In this document: positions 1 to 12,627 of the stretch, piece after piece
How the letters are laid out: the number at the start of each line of letters is the position of its first letter
Position numbering within the stretch: position 1 is the first letter of the stretch
DNA from: Octopus sinensis
Taxonomy: Eukaryota
Assembly (NCBI RefSeq): GCF_006345805.1
Contig: NC_042999.1
Span: forward strand, 137,950,001 to 138,014,000
Reading direction: 5' to 3'
DNA: 64,000 nucleotides
Position numbers and translations under genes: made by a program
Notes under the pieces: model-generated
Databases searched by the model: none
Told to the model about the DNA's origin: nothing
What the model saw: the letters and a program-made list of their open reading frames with translations, nothing else

Positions 1-269
1 AGGATGATACTAAAAATGAGGATTGGGTTACAAAAGGAGGTGGTTCCAAGGAAAGGGATAACTGATAGCATAAAAGGGGATGAAATATGTGGAGTTCTGC
101 TGTCATAATTTCAGCAGCTGGATGAGTAGTACTGTAGTTAGAAGAATGGTGGAGGGATAGGTGTTAGAAAGATGAGAGATGGAGAAAACTTAACAGGGAC
201 AGATTGGGTGCTGGGGTATATACGTAAACCATATGCTTTTAGGGCATCATTTCTGTGAAGATGCAATGG

Positions 270-1305
270 CTCTTCCCTGGTACAGCAAATCAGTAATCAT
301 CTTGGTTCTTGATTATTTTCTTTGTGAAGTTCAAAACCTAAAGTTGGACTTCGCTATTATGTCTCACATCTTCCAAGGTCTCTCTCTTCTACATGTTCCA
401 TCTACATTTAGTGATTGGCAGCTGTCCTCATCCATTTGTATTGCATGACCGTACCATCATAGTTTTCTCTCTTGCACATTATATCTGATTCCTCTTAAAC
501 CCAATTTTTCTCTCAAAACATTTGTTGTTCACATCTAGTAGATGTTGTACATCTAGCAGAGCATGCTAGCTTCATTTCATTCTAGTCTTTGCCTGTGCCC
601 TGCATTCAGGGCTCATCTCACTATTATGTAGTATTGCTGTCTGTACCCAAGAATTATACAATCTGCCTTTCATTCTGTGAGAGAGACCTTTTATTATCAG
701 CAGAAGTAACAGTTCCCTGAACTTTGTCTGGCCTTTTCTTATTCTAGGACCTGTATGTTCAGAACATCCTATTTCACAGCTAATTAGGTCATCTAGGTAA
801 TAAAAACTTTGCTACCACTAGGGATCCAACTGAGTATTTGAGTTAATCTGTTTTCCGTATGATTTTAGCATTTATTGCTCCTGCACATTTGCTACACACA
901 AAGTCTATTTTCTCAGTTAACCTCCCTGTGATTCCACTGCACCTCTTATGTATTTATAGTTTACACTGGATACACTGTATAAAATTATACCTACACCTTT
1001 TCTAGGTAATGGGCATATTGAACAGGTCTATTTTCCTGAAGGGAGTTGAATCATAGAAGTGGCATGCCAGTACTGGACTTGGATACACTGTATGAAATTA
1101 TACCTACACCTTTTCTAGGTAACGGGCATATTGAACAGGTCTATTTTCCTGAAGGGAGTTGAATCATAGAAGTGGCATGCCAGTACTGGACTTGGATACA
1201 CTGTATGAAATTATACCTACATCTTTTCTAGGTAACGGGCATATTGAACAGGTCTATTTTCCTGAAGGGAGTTGAATCATAGAAGTGGCATGCCTGTACT
1301 GGACT
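270..1305 (-). mobile_element. Degraded RTE-clade LINE fragment (POC1 intron)
   Basis: Minus strand gives decayed RTE ORF2 C-terminal motifs (LERNEASML.W.C; GHV.RMDEDSCVKKC-like); homologous to copies at 2405 and 3060. Confidence 0.7.
965..1305. repeat. 113-bp tandem triplication inside RTE fragment
   Basis: GGATACACTGTAT recurs at 968, 1081 and 1194; units nearly identical. Confidence 0.95.
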
Positions 1306-1405
1306 TAATATAATTTTTCAAATTTTTTAACTCTTATTCAGGGAAATAACTAGTGTATCTAGAAATAATTTGCTTCAAATATTTCATTTTCTTTTTGCTC
1401 TGCAG

Positions 1406-1453
1406 ACGGAACATGGTGATGGTGCTGCAGCTCCCATTCCTGCTGCACAAAAC
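1406..1453 (+). CDS. POC1: POC1 centriolar protein homolog, internal coding exon (gene 5' part lies upstream of window)
   Basis: Pyrimidine-rich acceptor (ctttttgctctgcag) and GTAAGT donor; 48 nt, phase 0/0, TEHGDGAAAPIPAAQN; splices in frame to 4519. Membership in POC1 is inferred from frame and position; the peptide itself is not diagnostic. Confidence 0.6.
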
Positions 1454-2404
1454 GTAAGTCTTTATTGTTGTCTATATTTTCTTATTACAATATTGTTCTT
1501 CCTCTTCTTTTAAGCTTTTTGTCTTTCTTATTTGATGTTAATATTTCTGATTGACCTACTCAAGTACTGGATGGATTGCTATATTTCTTATAAAGCATCT
1601 AAGAAGGAAATATAACATCTCTTCTAACTTCAAAAATTGAAGTAAAATAGTGCATGTGGTTCTTGTTTAGCCTATAGTTAGGCATAATTGAATGAATTAA
1701 ACCATACCACTCATAACCATTCCATATTTTATGTATATAAGATTCATTGTCCAGTGTGTGCTTAACTTTTTAAGACAGTAAGGTATGATTTTAATGAGAT
1801 ATGACTACTATTTGTAGGAGGTTGAGCCACTGCATATGAGCTCTCTTGTTTGCTCTATATGGAGTAAAACTGTGGGACAAACTGTGTCTCATATACACCT
1901 GGTTTGAAATGATGGCATAAATAATAAAATGTTAATAAATGCACTGAACTCTTCACACTTTTTAACAGGCTTTCATTTAGAAATTAAACTGTCAATACTC
2001 AATAAATAGATGAAAATCATTAAGTTGGTTAACATCAGAACTCATTGATAAATAGGTGCAGTAAAAAAAATGTGAATGAAAGAATGGATAGCACTCATGC
2101 AACCACTGACATTGTATGAATTGTGAAAAGAGAAGTACAATGGTAAGCAACATGAAATAATTCAACTGAATACTCAACACACTGGCTGTAGAAGGCATTG
2201 ATTCAATGGATTTTATATTTATATTCTGGTGCCTTAACTACTATTCTTTTATTCTTTTACTTGTTTCAGTTATTTGACTGTGGCCATGCTGGAGTGCTGC
2301 ATTGAAAGGCTTTAGTCAAACAAATTGACTCCAGGACTTATTTTTAAACCTTAGTACTTATTCTCTTTTACCAAACTACTAAGTTATGGGGATGTAAACA
2401 CACC

Positions 2405-3040
2405 CAGAGTGAAAGGTAGACTGTATGATACCTGTGTGCCATGCTATATAGCAGTGAAACATGGGTTGTGACTGCTGAGGACATGTGTAGGCTTGAAAGA
2501 AATGAAGCTAGTATGTTCTGCTGGATGTGTATTGTCAGTGTGCATACTTGACAGAGTGTAAGTGGCCTGAGAAAAAAGTTGGATATAAGAAACATCAGAT
2601 GTGGTGTGCAACAGAGATGACTGCGCTGGTATGGTCATGCGTATGGATGAGGACAGCTGTATGAAGAAGTGCCACATCCTTACAGTGGAGGGAACCTGTG
2701 AAAGACGTAGACCCAGGAAGACATAGGATGAGGTGGTGAAGAACGATCTTTGAACATTGTGCCTCACAGAGGTAATGACAAGTGAGCGAGACCTTTGCAG
2801 TGCTTAAGAAGACCCAGTAAACCAAGTGAGATCGTAGCCGTGACTGATGCCAGTGTTGCATAACTGGCCTGTTTAAAAGTACCCCTTCAATCGTAGGCAA
2901 TATGCTGTGCTAGAGAAGGCCTGTTGAACCAAGTGAAATTGCTGTCATGGTTGATGTCAGTGCTGCTTGACTGGCTTTCGTGCCAGTGGTACATAAAAAG
3001 CACCATTCGAGCGTGGCTGATGCCAGTGACATGTAAAGTT
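2405..3040 (+). mobile_element. RTE-clade LINE 3' fragment
   Basis: RVKGRLYD.CV..A..Y.SETW..TAED..RLERNEASM..WMC and IRCGVQ.R.LRWYGH motifs with stops, followed by RTE 3' UTR. Confidence 0.8.
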
Positions 3041-3059
3041 TCTACAGAGTTTCTACAGC

Positions 3060-4455
3060 TGGATGCTCTTCCTAACACCAACCACTCCGAAAGTGTAGTG
3101 GGTGCTTTTACATGCCACCGGCACGAGGGCCAGTCAGGTGGTACTGGTGACGACCACGCTCAAATGGTGTTTTTTATGTGCTACCTGCACAGGAGCCAGT
3201 CCAGCAGCACTGATAACGAACTCACTCAAATGTTGTTTGTCACGTGCCACCAGCACAAGTGCCAGTAAGGTGACACTGATAATGATCACGCTTGAATGGT
3301 GCTTTTTATGTGCCACCAGCATAGGAGCCAATCAGCGGCCCTACCAACGATCACACTCGGATGGTGCTTTTAATGTTCAACTGGCATGGGTGTCAGACAG
3401 GCAGTGCTGTCATTGGCCACGTCAGCGGATTTGATTTTGATTCTGATTTCACTTGCCTCAACAGGTCTTTGCAAGCAATGCATAAGTAGGCTGATTACAC
3501 CGCTGGCATAGGCCATGAGTTATTGTCTCACTTGGCTTGCTGTGTCTTCTCAAGCATAGCATATTTCCAAAGATCTCGGTCGCTAGTCATTGCCTCAGTG
3601 ATGCCCAATGTTCAAAGGTTGTGCTTCACCACCTCATCCCAGGTCTTCCTGGGTTTACCACTTCCACAGATTCCCTTAACTGTGAGGGTGTGACACTTTT
3701 TCACACAGCTGTCCTCATCCATTCGCACCACATGTCCACACCAGCACAGTCGTCTCTCTTGCACACCACATCTGACACTTCTTAGGTTCAACTTTTCTCT
3801 CAAGGCGCTTACACCCTGTCATGTATGCGCACTGACATTACACATCCAGCAGCGCATACTGGCTTCATTCCTTGCAAGCTTACGCATGTCCTCAGCAGTC
3901 TCGGCCCATGTTTCACTGCCATGTAGCATGGCTGTTTGTACACATGCATCACATTCTATCTATTACTCTAAGCGAGAGGCTCTTAGTCACCAGCAGAGGT
4001 GGGAGCTCTCTGAACTTTGCCCAGGCTATTCTTAATCTAGCCGCTACACTTTCAGAGCACCCACCCTTGCTACTGACTTGGTCACCTAGGTAATGGAAGC
4101 TGTCAAGTACTTCTAGTTTTTCTCCCTGGAGTGTGACAGAACTTGTTCTCTGCACATTTCCAGTATTTATTGCTCCTGAGCATCTGCTACATACAAAAAC
4201 TATTTTCCCAGTTAGCCTTCCTTTGATATTGCTGCACCTCTTATGTGTCCATAGCTTACATTGGGTACATCTTATAGAGTTTCTACCTACACCTTTTCTA
4301 CAGATCGAGCAGGGCCATCTACCTGAAGGGATTTTAGCTAGGTTGATTCTAAGGCCCTTCGATTCTAATCCTTGCTTCCACACCTGAAACTTCTGCTCTA
4401 GTTCTGATAGTGACTCAGCAATAAGAGCAAGGTCATCAGCATAGAGGAGCTCCCA
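3060..4455 (-). mobile_element. RTE-clade LINE 3' portion (RT C-terminus and 3' UTR with ~65-bp minisatellite)
   Basis: ORFs 3949-4383 (GLRINLAK...LEVLDSFHYLGD...AARLRIAWAKFREL) and 3612-3803 (RRLCWCGHVVRMDED...GKPRKTW); DLALIAES near 4430. Confidence 0.88.
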
Positions 4456-4518
4456 ATAGATATATAATTTACAATTGCATTTTATTCTGTGTTCTAAATT
4501 ATGATCCTTGCTTATCAG

Positions 4519-4617
4519 GAAGGATGGTTAGAAATGCTGCAAAATTGGGATTCACTTGAAAATTCAGTTTCTAGAACTCTTGGAAATGTTGTTGATCAGT
4601 TGCAAATAGTTACTCAG
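4519..4617 (+). CDS. POC1: POC1 homolog, penultimate coding exon
   Basis: ttatcag acceptor, GTAAGG donor; 99 nt, EGWLEMLQNWDSLENSVSRTLGNVVDQLQIVTQ; matches first half of the Poc1 C-terminal coiled-coil motif (recalled: TLEHIVGQLDVLTQ). Confidence 0.8.
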
Positions 4618-5030
4618 GTAAGGGTACTAGATTTTGTTTTGATTTTCATTTTATATTAACTAATGTACATGGATATTTATAAATTTGAAATTAAAATATA
4701 CAATAAAAATTTGTAATGTTTTATCTTTGAGGACTTTTTCATAGGAAGCCAAAAGATGGAAAGTGAGATGCAAATTTGTATACATGTTACTTAATTTTAT
4801 ATCTAATTAGTTTTAGATGATTTATTAATGTTAATTGAATAACTTCCCATGTTACATAATATATAAAAGAACCCAAAGAAGAAAGAGAAACAAATTTCAT
4901 TCACTCTGACTTGAAATGAACCTATAACAGAAATACTATAAAATATCAAGTCAGCTCGATGGACGTTAAACAACAATGATGATGATGATATATATATATA
5001 TATATATATAATATAATATAATATAATATG

Positions 5031-5250
5031 TGACAATTATTCGGTTGCCATAATAAAACTCCAAGTTTCAGATGTCAAGGTGGAAATTTGCTCTGGCATC
5101 TCATCAGTTATCAAGGCAATTAAAAAACTCTGAAACTTGGAGTTTTATTATGGAAATCGAATAATTGTCATGCATAATATTACAGATAAATTCGTCTATT
5201 TACGTAATATCAAGGTCTCATTCATTCTTTTGTTGTCAGACCACTACTAT
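5031..5250. mobile_element. Penelope-type pseudo-LTR fragment with 42-bp inverted arms
   Basis: 5031-5072 and 5129-5170 are near-reverse-complements; sequence is homologous to 45662-45830; (TA)n lies immediately 5'. Confidence 0.6.
5052..5112 (-). ncRNA. Hammerhead-ribozyme-like motif (type I)
   Basis: Minus strand GATAA-CTGATGA-GATG..CATC-T-GAAAC-TTGGA-GTT-TTATT; intact CUGAUGA and GAAA, extra U before G12. Confidence 0.45.
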
Positions 5251-5697
5251 TAATATATATATAAATATAAAGTAAGGTATCACTTGATTCAGCATTTTCT
5301 GCAAACAACTTGCTAAAAGAAGTTTTAGCAGTTTTTGTTGTTTGGCATCAAGTGGGAAAGAAGTTAAAGACGTAAAACAATAGCCAAATAAGCATTGGTG
5401 TTGAATAAGAAACCCACAGATCTTTGGTTCAAATTGACTGCAAGTGTTCTATTATGTATTTTGGTAGTACACTTAATACTTCACACATCAACCACTTAGC
5501 TGTTAAGAATAATTATTTGAGAATATAAATGACAGTAGTCTGTTAGAGATATAGAGATTTACCTTAGTCAATAACCTTATGAATTCAGAGTTTAGCACTG
5601 GCCTTTTAGGTTTGCTGAGGCTATTCATATTTTTATATCAAACGTCTTGTATGATGTCATTATAATCTATAACCTGTTTTAATTCTGTTAATTTTAG

Positions 5698-5907
5698 ACA
5701 ATGAGTTTGATGGAGCGACGGCTTGCCATGTATGAGGATAAAATGAAGCAACTTTTTAACAAATCAAACAAAATTGATTCATTGGAAAGGGAGTTAATGA
5801 CATTGAATACGAGCCCCAGGATTGCTGAAGTATTAGGTCAGATGAATGCATTAGAGCAGCGAATGAATACACTTGAGGAAAGATTACAAGGAAGTACATT
5901 ATCTTAA
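5698..5907 (+). CDS. POC1: POC1 homolog, last coding exon
   Basis: attttag acceptor; TMSLMERRLAMYEDKMK continues the Poc1 motif (recalled: TVSILEQRLTLTEDKLK); TAA at 5905-5907; AATAAA hexamers follow in AT-rich 3' region. Confidence 0.82.
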   Translation, partial: TMSLMERRLAMYEDKMKQLFNKSNKIDSLERELMTLNTSPRIAEVLGQMNALEQRMNTLEERLQGSTLS

Positions 5908-7479
5908 TGCAAATGAATGCATTTGTGTGCGAAAGTGTTTTCCTTTCTTATTCAGTGCATTACAATCATTGTTTCCATCAACTATCAATAGGTTGTAAAT
6001 ACATACATGCATGCATACATACACACATACATATATGTGTGTATGTATGTGTAAATATAATGAAATCGATGTGACTGTTTATTTTCTTTATATCTTTATA
6101 CCTTATTGTGCCTCAAAACAGACGATACAATCTGAAAAAATAATATAAAGTCTAAATTATATTTATTCATTATTTACTGTATTATATTTATGTATTTTTT
6201 TGTATCTTATGTAAATGAATTTTTTAGAGAAAGAAAAATTTTACGTATGGATTATGTATTTTGTGAAAATAAATAGATATGTATTCTTAATATGAATTCT
6301 TTCTTCAAAACATTTTATTTCAGTAAAAAAATATGATAGATTCTGCAAGATTTTTTCTTCTAGTTTCTCTACTGTGATATTTGCCATTTTTGTGTACATT
6401 TGTAGTTATCCACTTTGGAAACATTTATTTTCAAGTAAAATTTCAGTAGGTTTTGTAAATGTAGAATATATATCTGATAAATCTGATCAATAAAAATTAT
6501 CATAATTTAAAACTCCATTTAAAACCATGAATCTAAATTTAAGACTAAACATTGGAATTTTAATCTGTTAAGAATAATGAGGATAATGATGATGATATTT
6601 TATCATTTGTAAATAAATTACATTTGGTTTTGATTATAAATTTTGTTTCTTTGTTTAAATTTGGGTCACTTGTTTTTAGTACTGTGCCTCTTTGTCTTTT
6701 TTTTTTCTTTTACATGTTCAAATGTTTTCAGGTGTGTTATAATTTTTATTTTTAGAGACAAGCATTTTTACAATATTTATATCTCTGCTGTTTTGATCTC
6801 TGACAGGTGTCTTATTGGCTGCTTGGGTTGGAACATTAAACCCCTTCATTTAGAAAAAAGGTTCCTAGTTCAAATCTGATCTGGTACTATGTAGATATCA
6901 AGAAATAAGACAATACTGGCAGGAGAGCAAACTGAGTGAAACATAGTATAGATCTAATATATTGAAGAATGTGTCACCTCTAAAGAAAATTTATAATTAT
7001 AATTTACAATTTAAAATTATAATTTACCCTTCTTGTGATTGTTTTATGATCATCAGTTATCTCTGCTAGTGTAAAGAAATAGAACACTGCAGTACTATGT
7101 ACAGGACTATACATTTCAAATTGTTTCTGTTCTCTGCTCTGCTCCCAATATCAGGTCTATCTTTTCAAAATAAGTGAGCTCTAAATTTCTTCCTGATGCA
7201 GTGGATATTTTTATATTGTTTGTAGATAAAGAAAATATTAAAAATAGCATTTTGTTCAGAAATGCAATGAAACACCAATAACAGATTTGAACTTGTAACT
7301 AGCAAGCAAGTAATTCAACCCTTTGTCTATACAGTCATCTTAACTTTAATTTCTCAGAGAACTTAATGTTTTCTCAGTTTAAATGTTTGAAAATAAATTA
7401 TCTCATTTGCATCTCACAATACACATTTCAGCACTTCTAAGGCAAACATTGGTTTGTTTAGATTTATTGTAATATGTGC

Positions 7480-7745
7480 CCCCTGACTTGGCTCCTGTGC
7501 CGGTGGCACGTAAAAAGCACCATCCGAACATGGTCAATGCCAGTGCCCCCTGACTGGCTACTGTGCTGGTGGCACATAAGAACACCCACTACAGTTGGAG
7601 TGGTTGGCATTAGGAAGGGCATCCAGCTGTAGAAACATTCCCAGATCAGATAGGAGACTGGTGCAGCCCATTGGCCTGCCAGATCTCAGTCAAACTGTCC
7701 AACCCATGCTAGCATGGAAAGCGGATGTTAAACGATGATGATAAT
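7480..7745 (-). mobile_element. RTE-tail-related SINE-like repeat (cephalopod type)
   Basis: GTGCCGGTGGCACGTAAAAAGCACC and CCAACCCATGCTAGCATGGAAAGCGGATGTTAAACGATGATGATA; related copy at ~8925-9105. Confidence 0.65.
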
Positions 7746-7789
7746 CACGCACACACATCCATCTTCTTTGCACACTATTTTTCTTTTGC

Positions 7790-8700
7790 CAGATTCCTTT
7801 CTTGTTTGTTGGGCAGTTGTGATCAAGATTCTTGATCACAACTGACTGATGAATGGGAATGTGAAACTCTGAGTTGCAGTTTTTTGTGAACCATACAGTA
7901 GTGAAGTTATTGCTACCCCAAGCCTTTGATTGGAAGCTCCCTGAGCACCAAACCTGTTTTTGAAGGTCAAAATATTCTCCGATTGATAAATCAGAAGTAG
8001 TTTCACCTTCAAATCCTCTAAAGTATTGGTGCAGAAAAGTAATGTTAGCCTATTCTGTCTTGGTATATATCCAGACAATTTGGTGATATAGGTCCCAGTT
8101 AGCATTAAAAAATAAAAGAGCTTGTCTCATTGCAATAAAATATGCTTGAAAAACTTGACATGGTAATTTCAGTGTCTTTGAGTGGTCAGCCTTTCCATAC
8201 TTCATAACGTTGTTATAATTCAGGCAAATATTTGAACCAATCTAAATTCTATTGGCTTTGCATTGCTATTAGCACTGGCACAAGAAGCATATTTCTCAAG
8301 CCATTCATAAATAACTTAACTCTTTTTCACAAATAAATACCTCTCTCAGTGAGAATCATCAGCTAATTGTTTCTGTATGATTTTTGCTGAGATTTTCTAT
8401 CTTCATTGCTATGACATAGACCTTTGGCCACCCTAGCATAAATATTAATCCTGCTTCAATCTTTGGCCACCAATGCACCTATCTAAATTCCACACTAGCA
8501 TCACATAAACTGATGCCACTTTCTCAGAAAGTAGGTCCTTCCTTATTTCTGCTGTAAAGTTCTTTTGTACAGGCTGGTGATAAACTACAATAACACTACT
8601 TATAAAAAAAATCAAATTTTTCTTGATGATGAAGGAAATTCACTGGTTTTGCTTTAAAAATGCTGCTTTAAATTGATGGGAAATCTTGTGGGAAGCTGAG
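7790..8700 (-). mobile_element. Degraded Tigger/pogo transposase fragment
   Basis: RQNRLTLLFCTNTLEDLKVKLLLIYQSENILTFKN matches the Tigger DDE_1 segment '[34 protein letters not shown]'. Confidence 0.7.
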
Positions 8701-10694
8701 ACTAGTTTGGTTTAGAGTACAGAATTTATGCATTTTCTTTTAATACCAGCCAGTTTGTGTGGGTAAGCCTAAGCCATCTTTCATTTTCATTTATTTTTGT
8801 ATGGAAATAATTTTTTAACATGACTTTATTTGTTGCCAAATTAATGGAAAAGCACTTGCTAATACCATTTTCTTTTGCACAAATGTTTGTTACCAAAGGG
8901 CTTTCTGTATGTTTTCTTTTCCTAATTATGTGCTGGTGCCACATAAAAAGCACCCAGTACACTCTGTAAAGTGGTTGGTGTTTGGAAAGGCATCCAGCCA
9001 TAGAAACCATGGCAAAATAGATGACTGGTGCCTGGTGCAGTCTTCCAGCTCCTGCTTAGCAGTCTAGTCCTTGCCAGCATGGAAAACCGATATTAAATGA
9101 TGATGATATAATTTTAGGTTTGTAATTTGTTAGCCAAGGGATATGACTACAATGTAATCATCTCATTTTAGATTTATTTTTCATTAAAAACTTCCTGCTC
9201 TTCCTCAACTGATGCAGACATTCTAACATTATTAGGGAAAATATCTATACTTATGTTTATACAAACCTTTGAGACAATGTAAACATCATGGCTACTTTAT
9301 TGAAATATATTTAGCCATTTGTTGTGTGAAAATTTTAGTTCACTTATCACATTGAGATTTACAGTTTGATAAACTAATTTTTTATTGGCTAATCAGAGGA
9401 AAATGAGTAGCACCCATGAGACTTTTTAGGACCTCTGTAGGAAGGGAAAAGTCGCCCTTAAAAAAAGACCTGCAACAGATTGGACTTTACTAAAGTATTG
9501 AAAGGCCAAGTGGCAAAGTTTACCACATATAATCTATTGTTTGAGCTTCTACAAAGTTTCTACACTCACACAAGGGTTTTGTTGATCAAATGTTACAGAA
9601 GAAACTTGCTTATGGTGCCATGCAATGTGATTGAACCTGAAATCATTTAGTTGCATACAGCTGTGCACCCACCAAAATATCTTTTTTTCTTATACCAATA
9701 CTGTATTATTTCTTAAGATGATATTGAAGCCTTATCTATTGCTTATATAATCAACTGAACTTCATGTTATCTCTTTAGTAAGAACAAAATTCACTACAGT
9801 AGGATGGAAAGCAGATCACAAACTCTTCAAATTGCAAAAGGTGGCAACATAGGAAAGACTAATGTTATTTCTGGTTATAATTTGTAATGAACCTTGTGTA
9901 GATGACCATGTAAAAAAGCATGGAAGATTTGTAAATAACTTATAGAAGGCAAATTCTTATAAAACGAACTAGCTGATCAACTTTGGTATTATCAATACAA
10001 TGGTTTTTCTGGTATTGTAGTGCATACATATTGAAGATTTCTCACATAGGCTCTAGATGACAGATTTGAAAGTTTTAGTTAGTTCAATTAACCCTAATCC
10101 TAGTAAATGCTTGAACTTACTTTATCAACTATAAAGTGATAAAAAGCAAAGTTTAGAGTGTATTTCTGTTCTCATTTTTTTGTTATCTAGTTGGTGTGAT
10201 GTCAGACACTTTTTATTTTCATTACCTTAGCATTCTGAGTTCATATTTTACTGAGGTTGACGTTATTTTTCATCACTCCAGAGTTGATAAACTAGGTTAG
10301 ACTGATTTAGCTATACCCTCCTATACAAACTGCACACTTCTGCCAAAGTAAAGATTATTATTATTGCTATTAACAGCTGTAGATGATAGCACTAGTACAG
10401 TACCAAGTTAGATGTATCGTTTGGTATTTAGCTGTTTTTTTTGATAGAGTTCAAATCCTACCAAAATCACTTTTCATTTTTTCAGAGATTGATATAACAG
10501 ATTACACAGTTGACTTGGTCCGGATTTGATTCCTGATAGCATTTTGTCAGATTTCTATCATCTGTTGCTCTATATTTTAATTTGCATGTTTACAAGACCA
10601 TAATAGTAAACACACACACACACAAATGATGGTTTTCAGAATGGAAAAAAACTAGGTGTTCAGTATCATTCACAGGTTCATGAGTTTATATATA

Positions 10695-11949
10695 TCAGGT
10701 TATCCCATAAGTTCTGTCCGATTTTACCTTTTTTAAAATTGAATGAAATTTAATAGTATTTTAGAATGTCTAATGGAATTAAAAATTATTTTTATGCATT
10801 TGTGTACATTTAAAGTAATTAAATATTATTTTACAGAATAATAGAATTAAAATTTCTTTGATTAATACCCTTTCTAACATGGAAGTATCCAAAGAGCATT
10901 TAATGCACATAATACTTTAAGAGTATAAAAAAGGAAACTCTGCAGCCGAAGCGACTGGAAACATACACTCAGTTTATGGGAAAGAATGCTTGAATGAAAG
11001 AACTTGCAGAAGATGGTTTGCAAAATTCAGAAGTGGAGATTTCAGCCTTGAAGATGAAGATCGAGCAGGACGTCCAGTTGAGTTTGATGATAAGCTCCTT
11101 GAGGCATTACTTGAAGAAAATCCTGCATTATCAGTTGAAGAATTGGCAATAAAGCTTAGTTCAAACCATACAACTGTTTCATCGTCATCTTCAACAACTT
11201 GGAAAGGTTCATAAACTTGGAAAATGGGTGCTTCATGAATTGTCCGAAAGCAACCACAAATCCTGAGGTGACATCTGCTCTTCTCTCCATTCTCAAGAAC
11301 TCATTTCACCCTTTTTGGATAGATTCGTAACTGGTGATGAAAAATGGATCTTCTATCGAAATGTTAAATGTCATAAACAGTGGCTTGGTAAAAGGGAAAA
11401 AGCTCAATCACATCTGAGAAGGGAACTTCATGGAAAAAAGGTTCTCTCTATCTGATGAGATTGCAATGGAGATTGAATTGTTACCACCTAATGCAACAAT
11501 CAATGCTCAAGTCTACTGTCAGTAATTAGAGCGTTTGAACCAAGCTTTGAAGAAAATAAGACCCGCTTTAGTGAATCGAAAAGGAGTGATGTTTCATCAG
11601 GACAATGCGTGACCCCCACACTGCAAAGATCACATCACAGAAAATCGAAGAGCTTGGTTGGGAAAAAATTCCTCCTTGCTCCTTCAGACTACCATTTGTT
11701 TCGTAGTTTACAGAGTCATTTAGGGGACATAACTTTTGCAAGCCAGGAGGAGGTCGAAACGGACATTTCAGAGGTCTTCGCTTTGAAACCAAAAGAGTTT
11801 TACATTGATGGGATTAAAAAGCTTGTAAATCTATGGAAGTCATAGATAATCAGGGAAAGTACACTGATGATTAAATTTCAATTAAATATAACATTTGATC
11901 ACTTGTTTTCTTTATTCAAAATTCGGACAGAACTTATGGGATGACCTGA
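10695..11949 (+). mobile_element. Full-length non-functional mariner (Tc1/mariner) DNA transposon
   Basis: TIRs TCAGGTTATCCCATAAGTTCTGTCCGA / TCGGACAGAACTTATGGGATGACCTGA with TA on both sides; 1255 bp; RRWFAKFRSGDFSLED, KWV.HELS, TGDEKW, HQDNA, LAPSDYHLFRSL motifs split by stops and frameshifts. Confidence 0.95.
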
Positions 11950-12543
11950 TATTTATATATATATTTTGAAACCCTAACTTCACTGAAATAAGAGTCATGG
12001 CATGAAATATTGGAAGTAAGACACACTGAATTAATTTCAAGTTTAAACATTGGTGATAAATTGTAAGTAAACTAAATCTAATTAAATATTTTATGTCAGA
12101 GTTAATGTTTAATGTTGAATGGAATGACAAAATATAATTTATTTTTTGAAATGAAATGTTTTAGTTTTTATCCTTTTGGGACTTCAAATATATGCAGATA
12201 CCTCAATATGAGATAGATTTTTTTTTTACAAGTGATGAGTAGTGTAATATTAACATTAGCAACGTCACTGCTGAAGCCTGAGTCTTTGAATTGATATATG
12301 CAATATACTTGGCAATAATACTGCTGGATATTCACTTCAGTTCTGTTTAGGCAATGACGTCTTGTAGGGTGAGAAAAAATTGGTTTCTTCCTGTTAAATT
12401 ATGCTGAAGACACTGCATGTCACTTCTGCTATTTGCATGCATGCATACATACATACACAAGCATATGTATGTACATACATACATACTCAATATGAGAAGT
12501 TTCATAAAGTGCGACCATACATGCCAGCTGATGTAGAAATGTT

Positions 12544-12627
12544 TTAACCAGTTTCTAGTTCATATGTCTGGATTATATCTATGATGACATCTCGTATAAT
12601 GTCTAGTGTCAAGTCTGAAGAAAACAC
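12544..12627 (-). CDS. CCNQ: Cyclin-Q exon 6 (last coding)
   Basis: tctatttacag acceptor; VFSSDLTLDIIRDVIIDIIQTYELETG* (CCNQ 'VFNDDLTKPIIDNIVSDLIQIY'); six exons sum to 693 nt = 230 aa + stop with all phases compatible. Confidence 0.92.
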   Translation of the reverse strand: MFSSDLTLDIIRDVIIDIIQTYELETG

